A stretch of 64,000 bases of DNA from Andalucia godoyi And28 (Eukaryota > Protista > Jakobida), in the NCBI GenBank assembly GCA_009859145.1, contig VRVR01000014.1, positions 1 through 64,000 of the forward strand, in the 5' to 3' direction. Below are positions 20,798 to 32,510 of this stretch, one piece after another. Below the pieces are notes generated by a model that was not told where the DNA came from, ran no database searches, and saw only the letters and a list, made by a program, of their open reading frames with translations. A program made the translations under genes and the position numbers. Every line of letters begins with the position of its first letter. The stretch's first letter is position 1.

Positions 20798-22093
20798 TCA
20801 AAATTGGTGGGCAAAGATAGCTGCCATGTCGAAGCGAACAAACGACTGCGTGAATGCTTCATAGACGCCGGAAGACTCGTCCACAGCTGCATTCGCAACA
20901 TAGACATACTCGGTGGCAAAATCGTACACTGCAATGTGCATATCTCCAGTACGAGACACGGCGGCAATGTCAGAAATCGTGTTCTCAGCAGTAAACGATC
21001 CGTAGAACTTTTCAAGCAACGACGAGTAGCAGTCGTGCGTCGTCGGCTGCGGATGCTTGTCCCAGTAGACAAGGTTTGGCATGTACGGATGCTGGGGATA
21101 GACTGGCTGGTTCTTGTCGTCGTAGATGTTGATGACGTTTGCTGCATACTCCACTCCTCGGAACTCGTTAGTGTTCTTGTCCCCCACACCGACGTGGATG
21201 GAGCAGGTACGATGTGCATTAACAAGCTGCGTAATTGCAGCGTCCAAATCCCCTGCAAACTGGAGGACATCACGAAGAACAAATGTCCACGGCATTCCAA
21301 AGCGTGAGTCGACGTCCTTTGGGGTGTTCAACCACACCTTCTCAGACAACGCAACTCCGGTGCTCGAATAGCCGGTTCCGATGGTGCCAACCATGCCCGG
21401 CCAGCCAATGACCGCAAACGGGTGTCCACCTTCCTTGGCGTTCGGGAAGTACACAGTGACGGACGGCCATTTCTTGATGACGCACTTTGCATCCCAGTCG
21501 AGTGCACGGAGCTGGAGAAGCTTTCCGTCGCGAGAGGCGGTTGCATTGCCCCATGCGCCAAACATGGAGCATGCGGCCTTTGTCAATTCAGGAAACATGG
21601 CCAATCGACGGAACATCACAAGGTCAATTCCCGTGGCGTCCGCAAGTCCCTTCATTTCATCATAGTAACGCTGCGGCGTATACTTGGTCGTCGCGTCCCA
21701 TGTAAGATCCAGGGCTGCATTGAGGCCGTTCTTAACAATAAAGTTGACCATCCACTTGGGAACCTTGGACAGGATTTGATCGACTTCGGCCTCAATGTAC
21801 TGGAAAAACTCGGGAACCAGCTCTTCAAACTCCTTCTTCATCAGTTCGCCCTGGGCATATCCCATTTCATAGAACGAACCCTTCACATACAACAGATGAA
21901 TCGCATCCTCACCTGTGCCAGCAAGCCAGCGCTCGCCGTTCGGAGTCGCGCTAATCTTCACGGGTGCATCCGTGATGATCGGCTTCGTGTTGCGCGGAGC
22001 ACCGCCGCAGTCGGCCGTCTGTGCAACCACAATCACGCTTCCGACAATGCTCGAAAATACCACAAAGGCAGCCAGTGCAACTACGAGCTTCAT
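20798..22093 (-). CDS. Secreted Ntn-hydrolase (peptidase C45/acid-ceramidase-like, Dictyostelium Dcd1-like)
   Basis: Signal peptide MKLVVAL; ACSMFGAWGNAT...LLQLRALDWD (Cys nucleophile after the processing site). Confidence 0.75.
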   Translation of the reverse strand: MKLVVALAAFVVFSSIVGSVIVVAQTADCGGAPRNTKPIITDAPVKISATPNGERWLAGTGEDAIHLLYVKGSFYEMGYAQGELMKKEFEELVPEFFQYIEAEVDQILSKVPKWMVNFIVKNGLNAALDLTWDATTKYTPQRYYDEMKGLADATGIDLVMFRRLAMFPELTKAACSMFGAWGNATASRDGKLLQLRALDWDAKCVIKKWPSVTVYFPNAKEGGHPFAVIGWPGMVGTIGTGYSSTGVALSEKVWLNTPKDVDSRFGMPWTFVLRDVLQFAGDLDAAITQLVNAHRTCSIHVGVGDKNTNEFRGVEYAANVINIYDDKNQPVYPQHPYMPNLVYWDKHPQPTTHDCYSSLLEKFYGSFTAENTISDIAAVSRTGDMHIAVYDFATEYVYVANAAVDESSGVYEAFTQSFVRFDMAAIFAHQF

Positions 22094-22471
22094 GGCTGTC
22101 AAGCAAGACCTACGCAGTATGAAAATTATTGTGCGAAGGAGAGAGAGAGGAAACAAGGAGAGGGAACAAGGAGAAAAACGATCGGACCAAGAGAAGGAGT
22201 ACTATATAAACTCCCTTTTCCCAGCTTCCCAAAAAGTCCTCAAGTGATGCTTGCTCCGGATAACTTTTTTCTTTCTTCCTTCTCTTTTCTTTCCTGTTTG
22301 GCGAGAAGACGTGCATGTTCTTGTTTCGTGCAGCGACTGGCTCTCAAGCAAGTCCTTACACGTTCACAGTTCGGAAGCATAGTTCACTTCCTATTTGATG
22401 CTTTGAATTTGCGAAATCACCAACAAACAGAGAGAGAAGTAGAAGAAGAACACCACCAACAAAAGGCAATC

Positions 22472-23062
22472 ATGTCCAAAGCTTCCAAAGTATACTCGTA
22501 TCTGAATCACAGGATACGTGTGACGATCCAAGACAATCGCACTCTCGTCGGGACGTTTCTTGCCTTTGATCGGCACATGAACATGGTCTTGTCAGACGTC
22601 GAAGAGCACCGACGTGTGATTTCCCGGACGGACGGCGCAGAACAGCTTCTCAAACGAGCATTGGGGATGATGATTCTGCGCGGTGAATCAATCGTCTCGA
22701 TGACGATCGAAGGACCTGCGCCCGTCCATGAATCAAGACTACGAGTAGGACAGTCTGCCGGTCTGCAGGAAAACAAGGGCGCTGTCAAGGTTATTGGCGT
22801 TGGTCGTGGAAATCCAGTTGCCATTGCTGCCCCGATTCAAGCTGGAAGAGGAATGCCCGTGGCAATCGCCCCATTACCCGTTCCCGCAGCCGTGCCTACA
22901 ATGGGAACCCTTCCCGCTGGCCTGCCTGCTGGCCTTCCCCCAGGTCTGCCTCCTATGGGCTTGCTTCCAGGTCTTCCAGTTGGTCTTCCTCCAGGTCTGC
23001 CTCCGGGTTTGCCAGTGGGAATGGGACGCGGTGCTCCACCACCACCCCCTCCGAGAAAATAA
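22472..23062 (+). CDS. SNRPB: Small nuclear ribonucleoprotein SmB/B'
   Basis: RIRVTIQDNRTLVGTFLAFDRHMNMVLSD...LRGESIVSMTIEGP; Pro/Gly-rich tail. Confidence 0.95.
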   Translation: MSKASKVYSYLNHRIRVTIQDNRTLVGTFLAFDRHMNMVLSDVEEHRRVISRTDGAEQLLKRALGMMILRGESIVSMTIEGPAPVHESRLRVGQSAGLQENKGAVKVIGVGRGNPVAIAAPIQAGRGMPVAIAPLPVPAAVPTMGTLPAGLPAGLPPGLPPMGLLPGLPVGLPPGLPPGLPVGMGRGAPPPPPPRK

Positions 23063-23265
23063 CGCAAAACTCTAAACTTTTCAGTTCACAATTATCATTT
23101 TTTTTATATTAAGTATCATTGTTATTATTATTATTTTTTAAATTAAAAAAATACATCCAAAAGGGAAATGGGGGGGGAAGACGACAGAACGGTGTGAAGA
23201 AGAAACATAAAAAGGCAGAAGCAAGACGACGCAAGCTGCAGAGGACACCACGCGCAATCTCGTAC

Positions 23266-24693
23266 TTAGTGCTCATCAAGGTATCGTGCAATATCTCGGA
23301 GGGCGTTGATGTACGACTCCATATAGTGGTCAGAAATGCAAGTTTCGGACATGATGATATGTCCAAAACAATCGAACCGCTTGGATGTCATGTAGTGCCG
23401 CTTTTCGTGTCGGACAATGTGGTGCAGATTTCCAGGCGGATACATCTTGATGGATGCTGCAATCTTTCGGTCCTCGATCACTTCATCCGTGATCTCCGGC
23501 TCGTCGCCTTCTGCCGTGCTTGCACCGGGCGGGCCTTCGGGAGGTGAATTCCCAGCAATCTCGCCTTCGTGTGACAGTTCCATGGGAGGTGCACCTGCTG
23601 CATCCTTCTTCTTTCCAAAACCAATCTTGTTGAAGGCCTTGCTCATCATGTCTCCCGCACTGTTTGTCATCTTGACTACCGCCGAAGATATGGCTTTTGT
23701 CGCATTCTTCGAGCGCTCCGACACTTTGTACTTCAGATCGAGCGACTTCGCCGAGGTCATCGTTTGCAGCTTGAGCTTTGCAACTTTCTCGTCGATTTTG
23801 TAGTCCTTGGCGGTCTTGGACAGCCGCTCTTTGGTTTCAACCGCGAGCTTTCCAACCTTGGTTCCCATGATATCATTCTTCATTTCTGCTGCCCACGGAT
23901 AGTCGACCACTTCCTGCCTGAGCTCCTCGACGGCGACGGTGGAGAACCGAGGAACAATGTCGTCCTCGAGCACAATACTCGTTGCAACGTCTTCCGTCAG
24001 CGAGCAAATCTCATCTGACACACATGCAGGTGGTGCAAATGCGTAGCAGTGAATATCTGGGAATTCATTGCGGAAAAGCATTGTCACGAGTACTGCAGTT
24101 CCAGCCCCGAGTGAATGTCCGACCACGATCAGTTTCCGTTTCTTTTCCGTGCACAAGTCCAGCAGTTCCTGCTTTAAATTTCCATTAAACCACTGTGCCG
24201 CACGCACCATTCCTCGATGTGCACTGCCCCCTGCAAACGGATCGACCGTTGCCGCAAGATCCGTCAACGCGTCTTTAATTGATGCTGTTCCACGAATTGC
24301 AAAGACAACTGCATTGAACCGATCGTCCAGCGCGTAGTAGTACGACGGTCGAACAATCGTCGACGTCCACGCAGACTTGATAATGTTGGATGGCTTCAGC
24401 ATCGTGCGGTTCAGAAGTTCCTCGTGCGATCCCGCATATGTGCCCTTCACAAGCTCTGCAATGTACCGAAGATCGTCCACAAACTTGGCATCGTGTAACA
24501 GGCTCGCAGGAACGCTGCTTCCAAGCCGCGCACGCTCTTCTGATTTCGATTTTGCAAGATACCGAAGTCCAAAGGCTACATCTCCAACGCTCCAGCCATT
24601 CATATCAAGGAAAATCTCCTTGATGGACGCCGCCACCACCTTGAAGTTTCCATCCGAAGAAGCCTGGTTCGATGGGTCCTGGTTCGCATTCAT
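23266..24693 (-). CDS. Lipase class 3 (DAG lipase-like)
   Basis: AIRGT, AHRGM, GHSLGAG nucleophile elbow, DDIVPR, C-terminal DHY. Confidence 0.9.
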   Translation of the reverse strand: MNANQDPSNQASSDGNFKVVAASIKEIFLDMNGWSVGDVAFGLRYLAKSKSEERARLGSSVPASLLHDAKFVDDLRYIAELVKGTYAGSHEELLNRTMLKPSNIIKSAWTSTIVRPSYYYALDDRFNAVVFAIRGTASIKDALTDLAATVDPFAGGSAHRGMVRAAQWFNGNLKQELLDLCTEKKRKLIVVGHSLGAGTAVLVTMLFRNEFPDIHCYAFAPPACVSDEICSLTEDVATSIVLEDDIVPRFSTVAVEELRQEVVDYPWAAEMKNDIMGTKVGKLAVETKERLSKTAKDYKIDEKVAKLKLQTMTSAKSLDLKYKVSERSKNATKAISSAVVKMTNSAGDMMSKAFNKIGFGKKKDAAGAPPMELSHEGEIAGNSPPEGPPGASTAEGDEPEITDEVIEDRKIAASIKMYPPGNLHHIVRHEKRHYMTSKRFDCFGHIIMSETCISDHYMESYINALRDIARYLDEH

Positions 24694-25285
24694 TTTTCCT
24701 TTCCAACAATTCTAGATAGTCAATCTCTCTTTCTCTTTCTCTCTCTTTCTTTCTTTCTTTCTTTGTTCGTTTGTTGGTTTTCTTCGTTTCTCTTCCCTCT
24801 TTCCTTTTCTTACTATTCTCCCTCTGCTCAAAGGGGGAGGAGGAAAAAAATGAAAAACGAAAATGAAGAGAAAAATGAAAAAATAAATGGACGGATTCTG
24901 ATTCGGTGCAATCTGTGTGTGTGTTCTCTCTCTCTCTCTCTCTTTCTCTATGCAATTGGTCTCTGGTCTGTCGTTCGTGTGGGCAATCGTGTCAACCCTG
25001 TTTCTCTTTTTTCCCTCAAACGAGTTTGATCAATTCGAAAAGAAAAAAAAGTGGAACAACGAATCGTTTCGCTAACTTCCGATACGCAGCATAGCAAAAC
25101 TCGCGGAACTGCAGCTGCCGGACCTTTTTTTTTTCGTCTCTATCCTTACTGCCGATATGTACCGACTGAAGCTCACGTCGGTAGGAAACGAGAAAGATGC
25201 GATGAGATGAACTGTCCAAATGGAAACACTCGACAAGACGCGGGAGCCAGAGAGGGCGCGGGAGAGGGAAGAAAAGAGACTAATA

Positions 25286-26713
25286 ATGCAGGCGTCGTCG
25301 CTGATTGTTCAGTTTGTTGACGAGCAAGGATTGTGTTCTGGAAACCAGCTTGATATTCCGGCTGATGTGACGCTTTCGCAGCTGAATGCAATCTGCAACG
25401 ATGTGCTTGGAAACGAAGAAAAGGTTCCCTATGCATTTTATGTTTCCGGCGAACCGGTTTCTGGAAAGATTGTCGATCTTCTCAGAAAGCTGAATGTGTC
25501 GTCCGTCGAACAGACCGTTTCCATCGTGTACCAGCCGCAAGCGCTGTTTCGGGTCCGGCCCATTACGCGTTCATCTGCATCGCTACCGGGGCATGCTGAG
25601 GCGATCTTGGTGGTGCAGTTTCGCCCAGATGGAAAGACATGTGCATCTGGGTCGGGGGATTTTACAGTCAGGCTGTGGGATCTGGACACCCAGACGCCGT
25701 TCAAGACGCTGGAGGGCCACACAGACTGGGTGCTGGCGCTCCAGTGGTCGCCAGATGGCTTGCTGCTTGCGTCTGCGTCGCGCGATGGCCAGGTTCGGGT
25801 GTGGAATGGTGCCACCGGCGAGCTGTTTTGTGGGGTTTTGCGAGGACACAAGCAGTGGGTCGGGACCCTCGCGTGGGAACCATTGCATCTGGGACAGCGA
25901 GAAGGGCGGTCAAGAAGACTCGTGTCCGGAAGCAAGGACGGGTCGCTTCGTATCTGGGACTGTGTTACATCAAGCTGCGAAAAAATATTGTCTGGACACA
26001 CCCTTGCCGTTACATGTGTAAAGTGGGCGGGAGCCGAGAAGGGCACGATTGTCAGTGCTTCACAGGACCGAACGATCAAGATGTGGGATCCGGCAACAGG
26101 GGCGGCTCTGCGGACACTGGCTGGCCATGCACACTGGGTGAACACAATGTCGCTCTCCACAGATTTTGTGATTCGAACAGGTGCGTTTGACCACACGGGT
26201 GCATGTCCCGATAACAAGAAACAAATCCTCGAAACTGCAGAAAGGAGGTTTGGGGATGTCCTGAGAACTCACGGAGAGCGATTGGTGACAGGCAGCGATG
26301 ATTTCACACTGCAGCTGTGGGATCTTGCGTCGTCTTCGAGCAAGCCTATCTCCAGAATGACCGGACATCAAAGCTTGGTGAATCACGTCTGTTTTTCTCC
26401 GGACGGAAGAACCATTGCCAGTGCGTCCTTTGACAAGTCGGTGCGTCTCTGGGACGGCCTCTCAGGCAAGTATCTTGCAACATTTCGAGGGCATGTCGGT
26501 GCAGTCTACATGTGTGCCTTTTCTGCAGACTCTCGATTTCTGGTGTCCGTCAGCAAGGACTCTACCATGAAGTTGTGGGACGTCACGAAGCGAAAGCTTG
26601 TCGGCGATTTACCTGGCCATGCAGACGAGGTGTTTGCCGTCGACTGGTCCCCTGAGGGAACAATGGTAATGACTGGTGGAAAGGACCGTGTTGTAAAGAT
26701 TTGGCGTCACTAG
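25286..26713 (+). CDS. NLE1: Notchless/Rsa4 (NLE domain plus WD40)
   Basis: VEQTVSIVYQPQALFRVRPITRSSASLPGHAEAIL; LVTGSDDFTL; ends VKIWRH. Alternative start at 25220. Confidence 0.95.
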   Translation: MQASSLIVQFVDEQGLCSGNQLDIPADVTLSQLNAICNDVLGNEEKVPYAFYVSGEPVSGKIVDLLRKLNVSSVEQTVSIVYQPQALFRVRPITRSSASLPGHAEAILVVQFRPDGKTCASGSGDFTVRLWDLDTQTPFKTLEGHTDWVLALQWSPDGLLLASASRDGQVRVWNGATGELFCGVLRGHKQWVGTLAWEPLHLGQREGRSRRLVSGSKDGSLRIWDCVTSSCEKILSGHTLAVTCVKWAGAEKGTIVSASQDRTIKMWDPATGAALRTLAGHAHWVNTMSLSTDFVIRTGAFDHTGACPDNKKQILETAERRFGDVLRTHGERLVTGSDDFTLQLWDLASSSSKPISRMTGHQSLVNHVCFSPDGRTIASASFDKSVRLWDGLSGKYLATFRGHVGAVYMCAFSADSRFLVSVSKDSTMKLWDVTKRKLVGDLPGHADEVFAVDWSPEGTMVMTGGKDRVVKIWRH

Positions 26714-26898
26714 AGTGTGTTTGCTTGCCTGCCCTGCTGCACCGATGAATTTTCGAAAATCCGGAAAACCCCGTGTTCTCCCCCGAGCACTGGTGATTGG
26801 TCTTTGGTTTGCATTTTGCTTGCATTTATTCTTGACTGGCAGCGCGTTTTCCGAATCGGCGCGAAACACTTTGCACAACGTGTGGCAAACATTCTGAC

Positions 26899-29800
26899 TC
26901 ATCCGTCTGTTTTCAAACCCGTTTCGTCCGAAGCAGCGACCACGACTTCGACGTTTTCTGGCACAGCGGATGACTCCTGGGGGTGCTGTGGCACTTCTGC
27001 TACTGATGTCTGTGCCGCCTGTGCTGATACTTCTGGTGCAGGAGCCTGGAAGTGGGGGCCTGTCGGACCACTGGACCCGACTGTGGTGGGCCGGATGGTA
27101 GACCGCCGTCGAACCTGGGCGATGGATGAGCGACGAGCCAACGCGTCGGCTCTTCGCGGATCCACTTGGCCCGGCTGAATGATGACGGATCCACGGCGCT
27201 CTCCCATTGGTCGTCGCTCACGAACTGCAGCATGCAAACCTGCAGCAGAACTTCCGCTCTTTTCAACAAGATCATAAAACACACCTCCAGGGTTATCCAA
27301 CAGATTCCATGGCGAATCAAATTCCTTGACTACACCGGAATCCATGACAAGGATTCGGTCCGATGCAATAATGGTCTGCAGGCGATGCGCAATCGTCACC
27401 ACCGTCCGATCCGAAAACACACGTCGAATGGTGTCCTGGATCAATGCATCTGTTTCAAGATCCATCGCAGCCGTCGCCTCGTCCAAGAACAAGATCTTCG
27501 ACTGATTGAGAATGGCACGTGCAAGGCAGAACAACTGTCTTTGGCCCAAGGAAAAATTGGATCCGTTTTCCGTGACCGGGGCCAACAACTTCTGCTGGAG
27601 CACCGACACCGATGGTTTCAAATGGGAAAGCTCCAATGACTTCCAAATTTCATCGTCATGATACAGATTGAACGGATCCAAATTGGAGCGAACCGTTCCG
27701 CGGAACATGACGGGCTCCTGAGGAATGATGGCAAGAGACGACCGGACATCGCTGAGACTAATCTTGGACAGATCCACACCATCGACTGTCATGGTACCAT
27801 TTTCGGGTTCATACAACCGGAAAATCGTCATGATGATCGACGACTTTCCAGATCCGGTTCTACCCACAACGCCAATCTTCTCTCTCGGAAGAAACTCGAA
27901 CGAGACGCCTCGCAGGGCAGGGTCCATCCGTTCGTCGTATCGCATCACCACATTCTCCATCTTGAGACTGCCCTTGTGAGGCCAAGACTTCGGCGGCTTC
28001 TGGGAGTCCTCCGTTGGATCGGACCTCTCAACATCTTCGTTGAGCGAAAATGCCTTGATACGGAACACGGAATAGACTTGCGCATCGATTTCGGAAATGC
28101 CCTTGCAGAACATGGCAAAGAAGATGAGGATCTGGAAAGAATTGGAAATCGCCAGTCCCGCTGCTGCTGCAGTGATGTTGTTCCGCTGACCAATGCAGAG
28201 CATTGCAGTCGTGAGAACCAGTCCTGAGCCGAGAAAATCAAGGCAAAACGCAAGCCACAGCTGCATCTGATCCATCGTGAAGAAGACGGAATTGTTGCGG
28301 TCAATCAAAGCAACAAACTTGTTCACAAACCGCTCCTCCGCATTGAATGCACGGATGGTTGAGATTCCCGTCAGTGATTCCGACAGATGCGCAAAGATTG
28401 GCGGAGATGTTTGAGCCGCCCAGCCCTTCAGGACTCTAACTCCGCGGAGATAGAAGCTGAAAACGAACGCGAATACGATGACCACGCCACCCACGACTGC
28501 AGCAAATACCGGGAAAACGATGCTGACCAATGTCGCCGTCGTCAAGAGAATCATCAAATAGACTATCGTGATGTGCGAGGTGTCCTGCAAACTTTCGTCA
28601 ATTACGTCTTGGTCTTTTGAAAAGCAGGTCAGAAGCTTTCCAAGAGGAGTTGTGCAGAAATAGTGCATCGTCGACTTCAAGGTGTTTGCAAACAACGTAT
28701 TGTGCATGGCGGAAGCGGTCCGACGCATAATATAGAAGAAGAAGAATCCTCGAATGAACAGGAATGTCATGAACAAGCCAACAAACATTGCGTACATGCC
28801 AACATAGAATGTCTGCGGCTTTGAGAACGAATCCTGAGCCCACCAGGAAATCCATGTATCGGAAATAATTCGGATCACCTGCGTCACCACAAAGATGAAA
28901 ATAGACAAACCACTCCATCCGAAACCAGCTTGCTTGAACCACAGAATAAACGGCGGAAGTCGAAGATCTGCATACTTTGGAGGCAAGATCACGGAGGGAT
29001 CATACTGCTCGTCGGGAGACAGCAGTCGCTCCGATCCTTTCTTTCCACTCTTTCCCTTCTGTTTTTCCAACACCTGGCTTTCCAGCAAAAGCCTTTGATC
29101 CTCCTCTCGCTTGCGCATCATCTCCCTCCATTTTGGCTCGTGCTTCCTGTCGTCGGCTTCCAACGCACTGGGGATGTGCTGGGCCTGGGACTTTTTGTGC
29201 TGATCTGGATCTGGTGCGTGCAAATAGTCATTGGCGAACGCAGCAAAGTGGGTCAGAATCACGTCGTCGTTGTATGCACCGGCATAAGCAATTTCTCCGC
29301 TTCGCATGACAACCACAGTATCAGCCTCGCTGAGGAGATGCAGTTTGTGGGTCACCAAAACGCAAATTGTGTCTTTTAGAAGTCCGTGAATGCAGTAATT
29401 CATGAGATGGGCAGCGGTATGCTCGTCGACAGCGGACAACGGGTTGTCCAAAATGTAAATCTGTGCACGTGCATACACTGCTCGAGCAAGAGAAATACGC
29501 TGACGCTGACCTCCAGACAAATTGATTCCTCTCTCTGCAACCATGTACATGTCTCCAATGCCTCCTCCCCCGACAATTTCCAAGTCTCTTTCGAGTGCAC
29601 AAGCATGGACAACTGTATTGTACCATTCAGGATCGTATGCGTTGCCGAACAGAATGTTGTCGCGGATGGTACCGGCTTGAACCCACGGTTGCTGAGGAAC
29701 ATATGCTGTCGATCCGCGGACTTCCAACCTTCCGTCGAGAACGAAGGTCTGTTGCAGCATCGTCAACACAAGGGTCGATTTTCCAGATCCGACAGGTCCA

Positions 29801-31170
29801 ACAATCATCATTAACTCACCGGGACGCACACGCACGGTAACGCCACGAACAACAGGGCCACCCTTCGATGCCGCCAGCTGCTTTCCATCTTCATCAGCCT
29901 TTGGAACTTCCTTTGTATAAGCAACATCCACATCCTCGAGATCAATGATCGGCTGAAGAGACTCGACGTTTCGTACAACGTTGAACTCGGGCATCAGCAA
30001 GAACTTCTGGATTCGACGAACAGCCGCAAGCGCTTCTGCAAAATTGCGGATTGCACGAGGCAACACGACCAATGGAAAACGCAACGTATTGAACAATGAC
30101 AACGTGGTAAACGCAATGACGGCAGGCAACTTTCCTTCCACAGACGTGTAGTACGAGAAAATGACCAGCGCAATGGCTGGCGGAATCACAAACACGATTG
30201 TCAGCGAGAAGGAGCGCCACACAGCTTGTGTGCTCAACAGCTTTTCTTCGCCCACTCGAATCTCCTTCACCTTGTCCACAAACGCTCTTTCCCAGGCATA
30301 AAACTTGACCAGTTTCATGGCCATCAGAATTTCGTGCATCAGCTGAACGCGAACATCCGTCACAGAAATGGTTTCCGAGCGAGTGCGGGATGTCAAAAAC
30401 GCAAGATAGAACTGGACAGGCACAATTACTGCCATGAGCGCCCAGCCAAGCAGGGCCGCAGGGCCAATGAGCACGATGAGAAGCGACAAGATAGCCAGCG
30501 TTTCCAGCGGAGCAGACCAAATGTAGTGCAAGAACGTGCACGACTCCAGCAGACGTTGGCAATCATTGGTGGCAAGATTCATAATGTCTCCCGCAATGGC
30601 ATTGGCATCGAAGATGCGAATGGACTTGTTCAAGATGGACGACAGCAGAGCAGCTCGCAAACGAACACCCATGCGGGTCGTCAGGGACGTCATTTGCTGC
30701 AGAGCCATGGACAGGACCATACAAGCCAGCCAGAAGAAGGCCGCGTAGATCCATCCATCCGTCACGCTGACATTGTTCGGATTGGTCTTGTACTCATTCA
30801 CAAAGTTCACAAGGTACCTCACAAACACGTAGGCGCAGACAATAACCAGCGTTCCCCACACTAATTTGCAAAGCGCAGCCAAAAGAAAATCTGGCCAGAA
30901 GCAACGAATAAGAACCTTCAGCAGCGACGGTTCTCGGAGTTTCTTCTCCGCAGGTGCGTCGCTGTTGTCAAATGCGCAGGCAGAAAGCTCGGAGGCCCAT
31001 GCGCGATCAACCTTTGCCGACGCGTTGGCAGCGGCCTCCTTGGAAGTCACGCTCAGGTCATCCTGTGCGATCTTGCCAAGATGCAGTGATCGGAGAATCG
31101 GAAACGTCCAGAAAAAAGTGAGTTTTCCCAAGATTCCCGCCTTTTCAAATGTTGGAACCGGCGCACTCAT
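26899..31170 (-). CDS. ABCC/MRP-family ABC transporter
   Basis: TMD-NBD-TMD-NBD; Walker A GPVGSGKS and GRTGSGKS; LSGGQRQRISLAR; FSLGQRQLFCLAR. Confidence 0.95.
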   Translation of the reverse strand: MSAPVPTFEKAGILGKLTFFWTFPILRSLHLGKIAQDDLSVTSKEAAANASAKVDRAWASELSACAFDNSDAPAEKKLREPSLLKVLIRCFWPDFLLAALCKLVWGTLVIVCAYVFVRYLVNFVNEYKTNPNNVSVTDGWIYAAFFWLACMVLSMALQQMTSLTTRMGVRLRAALLSSILNKSIRIFDANAIAGDIMNLATNDCQRLLESCTFLHYIWSAPLETLAILSLLIVLIGPAALLGWALMAVIVPVQFYLAFLTSRTRSETISVTDVRVQLMHEILMAMKLVKFYAWERAFVDKVKEIRVGEEKLLSTQAVWRSFSLTIVFVIPPAIALVIFSYYTSVEGKLPAVIAFTTLSLFNTLRFPLVVLPRAIRNFAEALAAVRRIQKFLLMPEFNVVRNVESLQPIIDLEDVDVAYTKEVPKADEDGKQLAASKGGPVVRGVTVRVRPGELMMIVGPVGSGKSTLVLTMLQQTFVLDGRLEVRGSTAYVPQQPWVQAGTIRDNILFGNAYDPEWYNTVVHACALERDLEIVGGGGIGDMYMVAERGINLSGGQRQRISLARAVYARAQIYILDNPLSAVDEHTAAHLMNYCIHGLLKDTICVLVTHKLHLLSEADTVVVMRSGEIAYAGAYNDDVILTHFAAFANDYLHAPDPDQHKKSQAQHIPSALEADDRKHEPKWREMMRKREEDQRLLLESQVLEKQKGKSGKKGSERLLSPDEQYDPSVILPPKYADLRLPPFILWFKQAGFGWSGLSIFIFVVTQVIRIISDTWISWWAQDSFSKPQTFYVGMYAMFVGLFMTFLFIRGFFFFYIMRRTASAMHNTLFANTLKSTMHYFCTTPLGKLLTCFSKDQDVIDESLQDTSHITIVYLMILLTTATLVSIVFPVFAAVVGGVVIVFAFVFSFYLRGVRVLKGWAAQTSPPIFAHLSESLTGISTIRAFNAEERFVNKFVALIDRNNSVFFTMDQMQLWLAFCLDFLGSGLVLTTAMLCIGQRNNITAAAAGLAISNSFQILIFFAMFCKGISEIDAQVYSVFRIKAFSLNEDVERSDPTEDSQKPPKSWPHKGSLKMENVVMRYDERMDPALRGVSFEFLPREKIGVVGRTGSGKSSIIMTIFRLYEPENGTMTVDGVDLSKISLSDVRSSLAIIPQEPVMFRGTVRSNLDPFNLYHDDEIWKSLELSHLKPSVSVLQQKLLAPVTENGSNFSLGQRQLFCLARAILNQSKILFLDEATAAMDLETDALIQDTIRRVFSDRTVVTIAHRLQTIIASDRILVMDSGVVKEFDSPWNLLDNPGGVFYDLVEKSGSSAAGLHAAVRERRPMGERRGSVIIQPGQVDPRRADALARRSSIAQVRRRSTIRPTTVGSSGPTGPHFQAPAPEVSAQAAQTSVAEVPQHPQESSAVPENVEVVVAASDETGLKTDG

Positions 31171-32510
31171 TCGCAGCGGCAAGAAAGAGACGGGGGGGCG
31201 ATCAGCAAGAAGGAGAAAACCGTCAATTAAAAAAAGAAAAAAGAAAAAGAAAACTGCGTGTATTTAGTGCGAAAAAGAGAAAACGAAGATACTATAAGAG
31301 GAAAGGAAGCAAAGACAAAATGAAAAAAAGAAATGTGAAGAGGAAAAAGAAATGCGAAGAGGGAAAAGAAAAATGAAGAGGAGAAGGGGAAATAAAAAAA
31401 TGCAACGACGGAGATCAAGAAAAGGACCCTTTGTGCGCATGAACGGCGTACAGGCTGCTGCGAGACAGGCAACCACGGTACCAGATACAGCACACCCCAG
31501 AGATCTAGGTTCAAAGCAGGCAACTTGGATTCCAAAAGCGGACCAAATTTCCAGCTGTCAACGACACTTGAGTTCTGGTCGGATTGCGGGGATTTTTTTA
31601 TTATTATTTAAACAGGGATTTTTTCCCCGGTGATGTTTGTTGTTGGTTTTTCTGTTTTGGGATTCTGTGCATATTTCGAGACACGTTGCTGTTTGTTCTC
31701 CTTGTCAGCAGAGACCAGGCAGGATTGACCAAGTCGCTGATTTCCTTTTGCGACGAATGCTGATCAAATACCAAATCTTTTCAACGAAACGAAACGAAAC
31801 GCTCATCAACCCATGTCATGTCGTGTTTCTCCGGCACTCCTCTCCCGTCTGTCCTTGTCCCATGACGTACGCTCATGTATTTTTATTTTATTCATTTATT
31901 TTTATTTTATTTTTTTTTCTTTCTTTCTGTTAAAGCCTTTTGAAAAGCACGGTCGGACGGTCGAACTGCGGCTGTAGCTCGCCTCTATCCGCACGGAAAC
32001 ATGAAAAACTTTGAAACGTTTGCTGCTCTTTCCGAAATAGGGAAATTCTCGCGAGACCTCCGCCACTTCTGCTCGGGCAATCCCTTTTTCGGCAGGATGG
32101 TTTTCCTGCTTGAAGCTACAATTTCTCGATTTTCCGCCCGACGAGCTTCACTTTCGGCAAAAGAAAACGTAGTGGGAAAATGATGCACTCCAATGCTTCC
32201 GATTCGTTCACAATCTTAATAATTTTGTTGGGTTGTTTGTCCGTTTTTATTTTCGTCTTTCTTCTCCTTTCTTCTTTGGGCTTTTTTATTTTAATTTTAT
32301 GATCATTGTATTTTTTTAATCGCGTTTTCTTCATTGTCCCCGAACCACTTTGAAGTATATTCAAGAAAACAGACCGTGTTTCCCAACTGTTTCCGTTTTG
32401 TTGCAGCAGCAATAGTCGGTAGTCCTAGCGATAGTAGGGGAAGTGTGGTAGGTAGTATCAGTAGCAGGCGGTTGGTAGAGACAAGAACACACCAGAATAG
32501 GCTGCAGAGA

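Noticed and set aside
21422-22471. Long N-terminal extension of the SmB ORF (546 aa in the track)
   Set aside because: It is the antisense shadow of the Dcd1-like gene; SmB homology starts at ATG 22472.
26714-26898. Possible C/D snoRNA between NLE1 and ABCC (GATGAA...CTGA, small hairpins)
   Set aside because: Box C is imperfect and there is no terminal stem or recognisable rRNA guide; likely overlapping 3' UTRs.
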